Assembly (NCBI GenBank): GCA_963843145.1
Contig: CAWJJC010000030.1
Location: 1-19,019 of the forward strand
Reading direction: 5' to 3'
Source: an uncultured delta proteobacterium
Lineage (GTDB): Bacteria > Desulfobacterota > RBG-13-43-22
DNA length: 19,019 nt
Numbering within the stretch: the first letter of the stretch is position 1; the number at the start of each line of letters is the position of its first letter. The translations under genes and the position numbers were made by a program. Positions 18,121 to 19,019 of this stretch are shown piece after piece. A model generated the notes under the pieces. The model saw only the letters and a list, made by a program, of their open reading frames with translations, searched no databases and was not told where the DNA came from.

Positions 18121-18607
18121 ATGCATTTTGGCTCGCTTCGTCTAACGATCATTACCTTGGCGGTTCTCTCCCAGGTGTACCTTTTTGTTCGCATCCGAAA
18201 ATTCATCACTATTGAATAATGCCCATCAGAAGATTCGGACTGAACAGGGGCTCTTTGCTGTCGCTGGAATCGATGACCTCCGCGCCGGGCATCCTGATTT
18301 GAGGAATGCCTTAAGGGGGCTGGATTCCTCCACCCCGACCCTTCTTTTGTCTCACCGTCCAGAGATCTTTCCTCAAGCCGCTGCCTATAAGATTCCGTTA
18401 ACCTTGGCTGGCCATTATCATGGAGGTCAGATCAAGTTAAATTTGTCAGGAGGGGGCATTAGCTTGGCCCACTTTATGACTCCTTATCCTGAGGGGTTGT
18501 ATCGAATCAATAATTCTCTACTGTATGTCAACCGTGGAATCGGCACCACCTTCACCCCGGTACGACTAAATGTACCGCCAGAGATCACTCTGTTTAATCT
18601 GACCTAA
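18121..18607 (+). pseudogene. YkuE/YaeI-like metallophosphoesterase with an internal deletion
   Basis: N-terminal TM piece MHFGSLRLTIITLAVLSQVYLFVRIRK is joined out of frame near 18205 to the C-terminal part (AGIDDL, LLSHRP, LAGHYHGGQI, YVNRGIG, PPEITLF). The DxH, GD and GNH motifs are missing. Confidence 0.8.
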
Positions 18608-18778
18608 GCTTAATTTATTTTTTGACAAGGGAGATGATTAAAAAGGTACGGCTTCCCTGGCTTTATTTTCAGAAAGAAATCTTCTATGAAGAGGGTTGGT
18701 GGCCGCTATGTATCGGGCAAATGCAGGGGAAAAACCGGATTGTGCAGGCCTGGAAGCGAAGTTCAAGGCGAGGAGCAA

Positions 18779-18871
18779 GGGAACGTTTTTCTTAGAATCT
18801 GGTCCGCCGATTATGCCCAGGGCGAGGAGCCCTATTCCCTGGCGATTATCATCCCTGAACTGCTAGGGTAG
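18779..18871 (+). pseudogene. CheR methyltransferase fragment
   Basis: LRIWSADYAQGEEPYSLAIIIPELLG matches the CheR motif LRIWSAGCxTGEEPYSLA, with no flanking domain. Confidence 0.7.
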
Positions 18872-18973
18872 GAAGACGGGGGGTTATGCCGAACCAGATT
18901 GAACGAGATCGAATACCAAACTATTCGGACCCATCCCTAAATAGGAGATAAAAGGCGCCTAAGGACACCAGGC

Positions 18974-19006
18974 AAAAAGAAGGGGTTAGCCGGAACGGCT
19001 AACCCC
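18974..19006 (-). terminator. Perfect hairpin, terminator-like, typical of tRNA/att flanks
   Basis: GGGGTTAGCCG-GAA-CGGCTAACCCC (18982-19006) with an adjacent A run (T run on the minus strand). Confidence 0.7.
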
Positions 19007-19019
19007 ATGATATTACTTG

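Noticed and set aside
18686-18871. 61-aa ORF as a functional gene
   Set aside because: Only its last ~30 codons are a degenerate CheR fragment.

Overview
Bacterial genomic DNA, probably from a Desulfobacterota/deltaproteobacterium-like organism (inferred from gene content only). Bases 1-9656 hold a minus-strand signalling cluster. In transcription order it encodes: a degenerate-GGDEF/phosphoglycosyl-transferase-like protein with altered catalytic residues, a His-less sensor-kinase-like protein, a CheB-CheR-PAS methyl-accepting coiled-coil (MAC1-type) fusion, a large PAS/GAF HisKA_3 kinase broken by three +1 frameshifts, and a NarL-family response regulator. Two small coupled ORFs follow, then a divergently transcribed SBBP beta-propeller surface protein, also with three +1 frameshifts, ending in FLPLIQR. 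At 13239-13288 there is an isolated 3' portion of tRNA-Glu(CTC) with a terminator and an IHF-like site, which looks like an att site. To its right is a mosaic of intact genes (Gly/Tyr/Pro-rich secreted protein, uppP, YncE-like propeller, a 33-aa membrane peptide) and gene relics (DUF2779, lipase fused to a tatA-like tail, metallophosphoesterase, cheR). The window ends at a second att-like hairpin/IHF signature. No CRISPR array, integrase, transposase or reverse transcriptase was seen. The most unusual candidate system is the pair of apparent pseudoenzymes heading the CheBR two-component cluster.
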